64,000 nt of DNA from Orbicella franksi (Eukaryota), in contig OZ116703.1 in NCBI GenBank assembly GCA_964199315.1, positions 28,210,001-28,274,000 on the forward strand. Direction: 5' to 3'. Under the pieces are notes generated by a model. It was not told the DNA's origin. It searched no databases and was given only the letters and a program-made list of their open reading frames with translations. Made by a program: the position numbers and the translations under genes. Positions 1 to 11,800 of the stretch are shown piece after piece (within the stretch, counting starts at the first letter, position 1; the number at the start of each line of letters is the position of its first letter).

Positions 1-893
1 AATATAAAATAAGTACGATTTCTTTGTTCGTTCGTGCAAAAATGAGAAAATTAGAAATAATTTATATGCAACTCAAGAGCTGTATTCCGATGGTGTTAGG
101 AGAAGCCAACAAATGAGGTGTTTAATGAGGCAGGTGAAACTGATCGATAGTTATTCGAGTTTGGGTTAAAATATTGAGCGTAAAAGGTGATACTTGAGCA
201 AATAGTTCCTAAGGAAAGAAATTACGCTAATTTCCTATCCTACAGCTGCGAAACACCTTTTAAGACTGTATTTAATATCCTAACAAAGAGTATAATTATG
301 CTCAACTTTTTTGTCCTCTTTAAAAGCATAAGTTTCCCTGGGGATAGGGGGTTACAGTTCTTCTACCCTTAAACTGTGTTTCTTGATCATTTTTAACCAA
401 CGTATTCAACCAACGTTCACTTAATGCATCGGATTTTTTGAAACAAAAACTGCTAAGAACAAATACAGCAATCAAAATTTCAATATTTGTTTTTGTAGAT
501 TTTTGGTTACTTTAATAAATTATCCAAAAACTGATACATCAAAATTCTCAAACGAACGAAATACGAAAATTCCAAACTATAGCTCAAATTACCTCAAAAT
601 ATACTTCTAAAACAGCGTTAATTGAGAATCAAGTTTGCGTTTCTACTCTTATACTGGCTGTGACATAGTTTCTCGCTTTTACTTAAATTAACTCCGTGAC
701 GACAGCACATCTCAGGGGCCGAAAAGGTAGAATGAACTACACGGGTGTAATACATAACGTGCTGTACTAGGAATATGTCCTTATTGCTTCGAAATCATTT
801 TGCAGACCGACACAAGCGTTCTTATGTCACCATTTTCATGCGCCTCCAATTTATTGTCAAGCGCTTAGCGCTTTGTACTCAACGAAGAGCGTA

Positions 894-2547
894 TATGGAA
901 AGCCATAACTTTCTTATGTGGTTGTTTATCATTATTTGGTGTGGTTTCTTCATAATGTGTTGTAGCTACTTCATTACGTTGTGTGGTTTCTTCATTATGT
1001 GTCGTAGTTACTCCATTATGTTTTGTGGTTTCTTCATTATGTCTTGTAATGTAGTCCTGACGTGGTGCGTTTTTATCATGATGTGGTGTAATAACTTCAT
1101 TACGTGATGTGGTTTTATCGTGATGTATTGACGTTGTTAAGTTATGTCTTGTGCTCTTGTCATGATGTAATGTGGTTACGCTATTATGTTGTCTGGTATC
1201 TTCGATATGTGGTTTGATCATTACGTGCTGTGGTTTCGTCTTTATGTCTTCTTGACCTCACTTCCGATACCAAGCTCTAGTACCCAGGCTTCTTGCTATC
1301 ACGAAATAGTTGAACCGGTTTTAAGATGGGTCCCAGTTCCTTCTCTTCCCCGGTGTTAAAGACAACAAAATGGCGAGAACAAGCAACGACAATTTGTCAA
1401 CTATACTTGACAAGATGCACCTTGGGCTTCTTTAATATTGAGAACTTCCAGCTTGAAAAGCTAACTGTGGATCAAATATGTAAGCTATCTTCTGAAGAAA
1501 TGGACCCTGAACATCTAGGTCCTTCGACGTAGACGGCCTTTCTTCCTGTTTTCGACTCCTTCATGATCGACCCTATGAATGCTGTCACTGAGCCTCATCC
1601 TCTGAACCTTTATTTTCCGATCTGCCAGTATTTAGCAGTCCCTCTCCACAGGATGGATATTCCCTAGTTATTTCCTCTACAACTTCATCAAGCTGACCCT
1701 CTGTTTTTTTCTGTGAGCTGCAACTGACTGAGGCCGTAACAACCCATTCTTCGATAAACAGTACTTTCTGAAACAGAAAGTAACGACGCAATGTCTTTAA
1801 TATTAAAGCCATCCTCCAGGTACCCCTCTAAAACTGACTTAGAAATTAAGTTTTCAGGAGCGCCACAAACTTGTTTTCCTGGTTTCCTCGACGGTGGATT
1901 GCTACCGTAGCTTAAACACTCTAACCTTAAATTCATCCCTGCGTTGCGATCGTTCACACCTAAAAGTTCCATTTCTTCAGAAGATAGCTTACGTATTTGA
2001 TCCACAGTTACCTTTTCACGCTGGAAGTCCTCAATAAGATGACCAAGGTGCATCTTATCAAGTATAGTTGACAATATGTCGTTGCTTGTTCCCGCCATTT
2101 TGTTGTCTTTAACGCCGGGGAAGAGAAGGAACTGGGACCCATCTAAAAACCGGTTTCACCAGTTCGTGATAGCGAGTGAAGCCATAAAAAAGACATAAAG
2201 ACGGATCCACATCACGTAATGATCAAACTACAAAGCGAAGATAACAGACAACATAACAGCGTAACCACATTACATCATGACAAGAACACAAAACATAACT
2301 TAACAACCTCGATACATCACGATAAAACCACACCACGTAATGAAGTTATTACACCACATCATGATAAAAACGCACCACGTCAGGACTACATTACAAGACA
2401 TAATGAAGAAACCACAAAACATAATGGAGTAACTACAACACATAATGAGGAGACCACACAACATGATGAAGTAACTACAACACATAATGACGAAACCACA
2501 CCAAATAATTATAAAATACCACATAAGAAAGTTATGGCTCTCCAATA
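894..2547 (-). mobile_element. Internally deleted IS3EU-type DNA transposon with ~600-bp imperfect terminal inverted repeats
   Basis: 6-bp direct repeat AGCGTA at 888-893 and 2548-2553. Termini TATGGAAAGCC...GGCTCTCCAATA (TAY..RTA). Arms ~894-1504 and ~1965-2547 are reverse complements. Internal transposase remnant. TAY..RTA ends with a 6-bp TSD match the IS3EU description as I recall it. Confidence 0.75.
1505..2098 (-). pseudogene. Frameshifted, truncated N-terminal part of an IS3EU/integrase-core-type transposase
   Basis: ORF 1688-2098 has an HTH-like segment (GFNIKDIASLLSVSESTVYRRM). Shifted frames continue EGQLDEVVEEITREYPSCGEGLL, then ILADRKIKVQRMRLSDSIHRVDHEGVENRKKGRLRRRT and xVQGP. 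This motif series normally precedes the DDE core, which is absent. Three frameshifts. Confidence 0.75.
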
Positions 2548-3158
2548 AGCGTAGGATGTGTTTTTAAAATTTCTGCACAAATAAATAATACAAGCGAGCA
2601 CAATTATCGCGATCTGCTGATTTTGCAAACTGTCCAAATCAATATTTAATTTCGATATTGTGCATATGAACAAGCAATTTAGACAGTTTCATGCGCAAGA
2701 TAGACTAATTAACAAAATAGGTAATTAATACGCCTTCATTGCTCTGACTACTAAATTAGACTCAGCTTGTAGCCTCGCAGTTCTCTAATTTTTTCTTATG
2801 TAAATTGTCAGTTCAGGCCACAAGTACAATTGAACGAGACCGGAAACTTCACAAAAAAGAATTCTTGGCAACCAGGAAAACTTCGAAACAACCTGACCTG
2901 CTCTTTTCAGCTACAATATTAGTTTTTTTGTTGTTTTCTTCAATTTCAGGTTACCGTGCGCAAACGATTTCTTTTTAGCAGCTTCACCTTAACTTTACCA
3001 AGGGAAATTTCATCGTTTTATTTTGAACGTTTTGTTTGTAATTTTGGTGGGATATAATTTTTGCGGTTTTTTTCCACCATCCGCAAAAAGTTTCCGCAAA
3101 AGAAAAAGTTCCCTCAAAAATGTTCTCCCGAAAAAATTTCTTACATGTGATGTTTGTA

Positions 3159-3844
3159 CAGTCGAACTTCCGGTTGCGACCACCTCTCTTCAGCGACCAC
3201 CTCTCTTCAGCGACCAGTTTTCCAAAATACCAAAAGTTTCCACCACCTCTCCTCAGCGACCAGTTTTCCAAAGTACCAAAAGTTTCCAAGTCAAATCGCT
3301 ATATTTGGAACCTCTTGTAAGTGACCACCTCTCGTAAGCGACCGCGACCACTTTCAGAGCTAATAGTTTGAAATTTTTAACCTCACGTAAGCGACCACTT
3401 TACAGATCTGACAGATAATAGAGCAGAAATTGGATAATAATGTGTTGTAATAATGTGTTGTTTTCAGAGCTAATAGTTTGAAATTTTTAACCTCACGTAA
3501 GCGACCACTTTACAGATCTGACAGATAATAGAGCAGAAATTGGATAATAATGTGTTGTAATAATGTGTTGTTTTCAGAGCTAATAGTTTGAAATTTTTAA
3601 CCTCACGTAAGCGACCACTTTACAGATCTGACAGATAATAGAGCAGAAATTGGATAATAATGTGTTGTTATTATCGCTTTCGGATAGTTCAAGAGACGGA
3701 AATTTCTCAATAGGAAATACCTTTTTTCTCGAAATTGACTTTTTTTTTTATGAATAAGCCTCTGCAGTTACTATAAGCTAATGAGGTAAAATTTTGACCC
3801 AATATAGTCTAAGTTCTCGTAAGCGCTTACGGGAGGTTCGACTG
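3159..3844. mobile_element. Tc1/pogo-like MITE
   Basis: TIRs CAGTCGAACTTCC and GGGAGGTTCGACTG. TA on the left flank, TG on the right. Internal repeated GCGACCAC motifs. Confidence 0.65.
3352..3669. repeat. 110-bp tandem repeat, ~2.9 essentially identical copies
   Basis: TTTCAGAGCTAATAGTTTG recurs at ~3352, 3462 and 3572. Confidence 0.9.
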
Positions 3845-4156
3845 TGGAGTAAAATTTTTTGAAGAAAATTTATGCGGGAACTTTTATTTGCGGAACGTGG
3901 AAAAAACCGCAAAAAAACGCAAAATTATTGCGGCACGCTGTGTCCATCAAGGATGCGCCAGCAGTCAGTTAGTGCCTTGATTTTTCTAGTCGGCGCCTAC
4001 CACTTCATATAAGTTGACAACAAAAATCATATCCTTGTCAGCGGTGTCTCAAAGAAAAGTGTAGGAATTACACATGGTGGACGAAGTGAGAAGCTTGGTT
4101 CAGATCTTTACTCCTAGAATTTAGAGTTGTGCTTCTTGTTGCACGAGAGTTTCACG

Positions 4157-7100
4157 ATGGCAGAATATGTTCATCAAAATCTGGAGGGCATGTTGCCTGA
4201 ACTGGAGGAATTGGAGCGGATGGGAGTGTTTTCAAGCGATGAAATCAGGTGAGGAATTTAACATGTTTATTTGAATCGAATAACGCCATTACTGCATAAT
4301 TTGAAAGCGTTGTTTTTACAATACAAGTAAAGTTTGTCTTTCCCAAAAGTAGAGACAAAGTAAGCGAGGGTTTGAAGTTTGTGTCGTTGTTTACTAAGCT
4401 TAATATATTAGCTTTCTATAAGCTTATAAAGCTTATAAATAATTATTACATTGTAAGGCTTCTGTTGTTGTCTTTTAGTCTGCTTTAGTATGACTTGCAT
4501 GATTTCAGTCACCCTTTGGGTTTCAGCATCTTCATCGGTTGAAATCAGCGAGTCAATATATCATGGTTCAACTTAATTAAACAGTGTAACAAGCACTTGC
4601 ATAGACAATATGATCATCTTATGCTGCAGATAAGACGAGATAGAGGTACAGATTCCCAACCTGGCTATACTGTAAAATTTCAATCTTCATAAAAACACTG
4701 AGAACTTAGGTAAACCATTTTGCTATGATAATATCACTATACAGGACTATCATTCGAAAGAGAAGAGAGTTTGAATACCGCTTGCAGAAGAGGATTGTTC
4801 AGAAGACAGATTTTCTAAGATACATGCAGGTATTATGTAGATTCCATGTTGTATAGACATTTTATGTGGTGGTCTGACTGATATTTCTTTTGCTGTAAAC
4901 CAATAGATTTCATTTACTCTGATTTAAATGCATGTCTGTGCCTGGGCCAAGTTGGTCCACAGCCCAAGGACTGTCGTTATGTTTTGAGTCACCCCTTGCC
5001 TTGATCTTCATACTCATACATGTATACTGTAACTACCCTGTTACTTTAGTGGTGAATATTGCATCACCAACAGTCAAGTTCAACTGTAACATCAAGGGCC
5101 CATCAAGTATACTCAGCCATAATAAGGAGTTACCGGTTAGGGCCTTTGATGACAGTCTTAGAACTGGCTCTAACATGTATCTTAGTTTCTACAGTCATAG
5201 CATGAAGTGGCTAGAGATTCTTCTATCTGCAGTACATAATGCAAATATTAAAATAATCAAACTAAAGTGTATCAAGGTTACTGTAGTGTGCATATACAGT
5301 AAGTACTGCCAGTAATAACTTTAAAAATCTTCAGATCTTTAGAATATATTAAGCAGCTATGTTGCCATGCAACTGATGAAGAAACTAGAAACATAATAAA
5401 TGAATATAGTCTCAGCGTCCCTTACTTTCAAGTTAGAGTTGTAATTTCTGACAAAGTGTCTTAGTTATTAAGTATTCTTTTGCTGGTTTTGTTTTCTGTT
5501 CATTATAGTATGAGATTAACCTGGATTTGCTGAAGAAGAAAAGAAAGTTGGTAAGAACCTAAGTTGCATAACATATGAATTACATTTTTATTTGCAGTTT
5601 GTTGCAAACATATGTATACATGTGTGGCTGCATTCAAGGTTTGAGGATAGAGGACTGAATTTGTTTTTATATACTTGTAGTTGCACATTATATATACTTG
5701 TTTTCTTGCAAATATTCCCCAGTTGATGGTAATGTTTTGTAGCACATGTGTATATAATACAGCTCTCTTCCATGGATCATTTCTACCGACACGTATAAGC
5801 TATTTATGTTCTTTTTTGGGTATGGGTGCTAAAGTACAATGTAGAAGTTGTGTCACACAGGGTAGACTACGAGTAATCCCTCTTTCGCTTAGTCCGTTGT
5901 GCGTAACGCGAAAGAAAACCGCGAGAAGTACAACACCTTGTCAACGCTCCTAACATAAGCCAATCATATTTTTGCATTGTGAGAGCAACGCATAATTCAA
6001 ACTCTAGGGCTTAGGCGGTAGTCCCTCCTTTTGCACGCTCCTCGCCCCCAGGATTTTGCGTGGCCATTTTTTTCTCGCGGTTTTCTTTCGTGTCACGCAA
6101 GATGGACTAAGCGAAAGAGGGACTACTCGTAGTCTACACACAGGGAATTATGATTATGTACAAGTGCTGTATTCCTGTTTAGTGTCAGTATGTTTCTATC
6201 AGATAATACATGTGCATGGTGTACATGTATTTCATTTTAAATGTTATATTTCAGAGACTTGGTATTAAACGGAATTTACATGGAGAGCATGCGGTATTGA
6301 GAAGAATGCACAGTCTTTTTCAGGTAAGTTTAAGTTTACCGGTAAATCAAGGGAGACGCATTTGCCTCATGGCTAATGCTTGTTTTCATTGCTATATACA
6401 TTGTATATGTTATTATGTGTTCTATAATTCACTTTACTGTTTTTCCTTGCAGAATGCCTTGAAGAAATTTTTGGTAAGTGCCATATTTACTTACTTACAA
6501 TACATTATATTTCTTACTTACACGAGGTAATGTAATGTATTGTAAGTGATATATGTTAGTAATATAGCATATTTTAAGTAACTCAGTAATTTTATGCAAG
6601 GTTTTGGAAGTACTGTAGGTAATGTGGCGTATGTAGTAAGTAGAGTACTTTAAGTAGGTTACATGTATGCAAAATAACATTTTGTAAGTGATAATTGTAA
6701 ACTCAGAATTTAGCAAAGTATAAGACGATTTTAGTATTGTGTTGTAAACTGTAAGTTTTGTAACGTAAATATTCTGTAATTGTATTGTAATATGACAGAG
6801 TAAATAAATTAAAAAAAAAGTGCCACATTTTGACAATCATGCTTCCAATGTTCCATCTACATTTCTTCACAGGTCTACAAGTGACTTATTCACTGATACT
6901 GACTGGTCTAGTAACTCAACTGATAACTTGTTGGCTCCTGAGAGCTCAACTTACTTTAATATGTTTTAATCCCTCTATCTAAGTAGCCTAACAAATGGTA
7001 AGTGGGAACTTAAATTGTTACATAAAGTACATGTAGATTTCCACAGATCATACAAAAATGTACATAATTATATGAAATTGTATTGTTTTTCTTTTTGATC

Positions 7101-8834
7101 CTAGGGGGACATCAAACTCTGGATTCAGTACATTGAGTTCTGTAAACACATGGTAGGAATTTAATTACATGTAGTATGTGTTATTTTGTTTGTTTTGTAA
7201 TCTAGATAATATTATATTATTAAAGAAATAGAAAACATGTACCATGTTTCTATCGAGTTATACATGTAGGGTGAGTGGAAGTTTGGGAGAACGAGAAATG
7301 CTGTGGGAGCATGAGCTGCAGGCAACTGTTTCCACAGCTTTTTTGAGTTCTCCCAAACTTTCATGAGTGTTTCTATAACTCAATAGAAACGTGGAGAACA
7401 TGTTTTATATTTCTTCTAGAAAACACCGCGACAAAAAAAGAAAAACAGCTTGTTTACTTTGATCATCAAAATGTAAATTCTCTTTGCTTGCGCCATCATC
7501 ATGTCAACAGCTCGTGCTAGTTCTGTGTTTCCATCGTGTTATAGAAACACGATTTTTAACCAGTCAGCGTGCATATTTTCTTAGAAGTGAAGTGAAGCCT
7601 TGGAGCCGAATGGCTCATAGCTACCAGAGCTTATCCCGGTTTCTGTAGCATGAAGCGGCTAGGAGTATTTCTACTCCCTCTGGACGGGATGCTAGTCCAT
7701 CGCAGGTCACTCCCCCGCAATTTGTTAGGTGTCCCCAACAATTCGCCAGTACCCATTTATACTCCTGAGTGGAGAGAGGCACTGTGAGAGTTAAGTGTCT
7801 TGCCTAAGAACACAACACAGTGTCCCCAGCCAGGGCTCGAACCCGGACTGCTCGCTCCCGGAACGAGCGCACTAACCATGAGGCCACCACGCCTCCCTAT
7901 TTTCTTAGGGCTGTTTCTAATTTAATTTTGATTTCAGGCTTTGTTCATACATTCATGAGGATTAAGTTCTCCCTTGCTGGCACCCTATATGTAGATATTT
8001 TCGATGCAAATAACTTTCAGTTGTTATAAATAAATTTAATCAGTCTTTTGAGTCGCATTGCATGCACATCTGTGTCAAATATACAATCGAACAGTCAAGT
8101 ATTTGTACTTTAATTTCAGCTACTTACTGTTATTCAAATTGACAATTATACAAATATTTACTGTCTCTTGTTCTTAGGGGAGTGTAAGGATTCTTGGAAA
8201 AGTTTTTGCCAGAGTTTTGCAGTATCATCCAAACAAACCAAGTATGACATTGCTTATAGTACTATACAACATTTGATACATGTGCACTGTATTCACTAGT
8301 TACATGTATAAGACTGTTGTTTATTAGTGGATACTGGCAAATAAAAGACAGCCATTTTTTTTTTCTAAACGTATCATTTTGATAACACTTGTAATGAGAA
8401 TGGGGATAAAAACACAGATGGCGTACTTTTTGGTGTATAATTTCTCTTTTCTTCTCTAATATCTTGCTGTATTTTAGGGCAGTATATTATACATGTATGG
8501 CTAGCTTTACTATAAAATCACTGGGAAGATTTTCAATTTCACAAGGTGTCCAAGGGTCACTGATTTTTTCTAATACCAATGGGGCTTAAATAAAGTAAAT
8601 ATTGCTAAATGCTTCTGGCCATGACCTGTACTGCCTGAAAATCAGATTGAAGTTTTTGAAGTTTGTGCAAACCTTTTGTTTGAAAATTTCTCATGGTTAC
8701 CAAACACTTTGGAAGACCAGTGCACAGTATTTCAAATTTCCTGAGTATGACATGAGAGTTTTGAAAGTGAAGAATGATCATTGCAGTAAATTTTCCAATT
8801 TAAGCAATTGGAAAGGAGAAGCCTGAAAAAATCA

Positions 8835-8868
<34 letters not shown>

Positions 8869-11800
8869 GATACCAGTGTGATGCTCTACCAACTAAGCTA
8901 TGAAGCCACACATTGGGAGCGAGGTCAATTTATTGAGTTCATATCTTGCGTGAGTAGTGAAATGATGTGAAGTTTATATGCTTATGTGAAGTTTATATGC
9001 TTAAATTGGAAAATTTACTGTGATGATCATTCTTCACTTTCATCTACAACCACAGTTCGTATATGAATTATTTCATATAAACTTCACATCACATGAGAGT
9101 TTTGTTTGTCCTGATTTCAGACCTCTGGATTATGGCAGCAAAATGGGAGTTTGAAGAAAACAAGAACATTCCTAACAGTAGATCGTTATTACAGAAAGGA
9201 CTGAGGGTTAATCCTTCTTCACAGAAGCTTTGGTTGGAGGTAATACTACATTGAACACAAGTACAATATTTATGTGCAAAAAAAAAAAAAATGTCAGAGT
9301 ACAGTACCTGTACAACATGCACCTGTAATGTAAAGGTGGGCTGTCAAGTTAGACATCTGTTTTTTAAAACAGGTAAATAGTTTAATTGAGACACAGCTGT
9401 ACAATCATGTAGAGCAATTTTGACTCAAAATATTTTACAGTTGTCTTTTGTCTGTCCTGAGGAACAGATTGATTTAAATAGTTATGCCATAATTAATGTA
9501 CCAGAGGGAGATCCGGGAAAGGGGTTGAGGGAGTTGCAACCCCCAAAATTTGACTTCATAGGGTTCGTGCATTCGCATGTTTACTTGTTTTTCTTCTGAA
9601 TTTTTTAAGTCAGTTTAGCGGATGTGTTATTGTGACTTGTCCCATATTCATAATAATTATAATCAGAACAGATGGCAAATAAAACTCAAAGTGCCATATT
9701 ACAGTAAAGTGACTACAGTACATGTACATGTTTTACATTGTATGATGCATGCCAGTGGTCTCTTTTTTTATTACGTGCTTGTTTTCTGCAGTATTTCAGA
9801 ATGGAACTCCTTCATGTTGAAAAAGTAAGTCTGACATTATAATTTATTTAATAGCTTTAATCTTTAAGCTGTTTACTTGTAATACAATGTACATTGTAAG
9901 CAGTTAATGCACATCCAGTCATACAGTAAGGAGATCTTAAATGTGGCTGTCCCTGGCTCATGCACTTTGCTGTTATTTTTTTTTCTTTGTTAGATTCATA
10001 ATAGAAGGAAAATTCTTGGATTGAGTGCAACAGATGAGGAACAGGTATGTACCATTGCTATCCATCTCATAGACAGCAGTCTGCCGACCGGCTGACAGCA
10101 AAACGCCGACTGGTTAGCTCAGTGGTAGAGCACTGGACTAGCGTACGGGAGGTCGTGGGTTTAAACCCCGGCCGGACCAACACTCAGGGTCTTTAAATAA
10201 TTGAGGAGAAAGTGTTGTCTCTGTAATGACATCTGCAAATGGTTAGACTTTCTAGTCTTCTCGGATAAGGACGATAAACCATAGGCCCCGTCTCACAACC
10301 CTTCATAATTAATTCTGTGGGACGTAAAAAACCCCTCACACTGATCAAAAAGAGAAGGGGATGTAGTTCCCGGTGTGGTGGACTCTATCTCTTATCTGAT
10401 GGTTAAATGCTCAGAGATATTAGCTGCATAAGCTACTCTGAAATCTGAGGGTAAATATTAAGTTATGTATGTATGTATGTATGTATGTGTAGCAGTACAC
10501 TCAAAAGAGAATTATTGGAAGTTGAGAGAGTGTCAGATGTAACTTGTATAATTATGTCAGAGTTTCTTGAGACACATAAAACTTGTTATGATTTTATTAC
10601 TGTAACTGGGAATGGTAGTTTGGAAATCAATGTTTGTCAGCTGGCAAATTGAAGCCAGAGAGAGGGAACCATGCTGCTACAGTACATGTATATTTATTCT
10701 ATTAAGAGATAATTTGTATTGGTTATCAAATGGTGCTGAGCTTGAAATTAGGCATTTCCTGGGCATTTTGGCAAAATTCTTACTACAGTTCAACCTCTAT
10801 TAAACAGCCACCCTCAGGGAAATGGATAGTGGCTGCTTAAAAGGGGTTGGCCCTTAAAAGAGGTAAAAACAATAGAAAAACCCTCACTGGAACTTTGATT
10901 ACTGGCCCCTGATAGGGATTGCTGTTAATAGGTGGCCGCTTAATAGGGGTTCGACTGTAATAATTTTTCGAGGCTTTAGGTGATATCTACCTTCACATGT
11001 ACATGCAGTAACAGTCATCATGGGGGAGGGCAGAGGAGGTACGTGTAGGTTTATCCTTTCAGGTACAGCATTGTGGGCCTGAGGCCAAAGTTTTGTAATC
11101 TTTGTTAAACTGCAGTAAAAATATATTTGAATACCATTAAATTATGTATGATCTATAGACATTAATTTTCTTACACTCGTGTTCATGTAACCACCCATGG
11201 GCATACTGACTAAATGATTACTGCATCGAGAGTCAAATTGTGTGGTCTTAACTTTTGACTGGTCAACATGTACTCTTTTCATTAATTTTCCAGGGAGAAG
11301 AACAAGTCACTGCTGAATTTCTGGCAGGAAAAGTTCCTGAAATTGTTTACAAAAAGGCAATACAGAGTATACCAGGTGCTGTTACATACACAGTATTATT
11401 ATATAGACATGAGTGTTTTACTGGAAAATACACCACTCGTAGAATTCATACAAAACCACATCCGGGACTCGAGTGGCATATTTTCCATATCCTCATTAGT
11501 AAGGATATCAATGATTTCACTGATATCAAGTTTGTCTCTTAAATTGTTCTTAAATTTGTTCATGTATCATCGAAACATCTTCGGGTCTTCCTCAAAAGTC
11601 TTTGGCAATCTTCGGTAATCTTCGGCAATCTTTGGAAACTTCCAGAAAATGTTCGGCAATGTTCATGTGACCTTCGGATGAGTTTTGGAGAATCTTCGGA
11701 GATCTTCAGAAAGTGGTCAGAAATCTTCGGAAAATCGTCAAGAATGCCGTCATCAGTATGTCTATATAATAAAAAGAACAATACACATTAGCTCGAAGAT

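Larger units (their letters stand above)
3056..3927. mobile_element. Older inverted-repeat element (arms ~3056-3145 and ~3847-3927) interrupted by a younger MITE
   Basis: TTTTGCGGTTTTTTCCAC..CCGCAAA on the left and TTTGCGGAACGTGGAAAAAACCGCAAAA on the right are imperfect reverse complements. True ends not resolved. Confidence 0.45.

Noticed and set aside
1700-1715. A AAA AAC slippery heptamer between the HTH ORF and the downstream transposase frame, suggesting IS3-style -1 frameshifting
   Set aside because: The conserved continuation (TEGQLDE) is in the +1 frame, not -1, and two more frameshifts follow. Best explained as a 1-nt homopolymer insertion in a decayed gene.
775-2548. ORFs 775-1107, 865-1221, 2219-2548 and 2300-2545 (T/H/N/E-rich or C/F/I/M-rich repeats)
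   Set aside because: Mirror-image shadow frames of the 21-bp microrepeat in the transposon TIRs; open on both strands with no domain signal.
5372-5451. Possible intronic box C/D snoRNA (CTGATGA ... CTGA, ~57 nt before an acceptor)
   Set aside because: C box is non-consensus, there is no terminal stem and no recognisable rRNA guide. A snoscan/Infernal hit would be needed.
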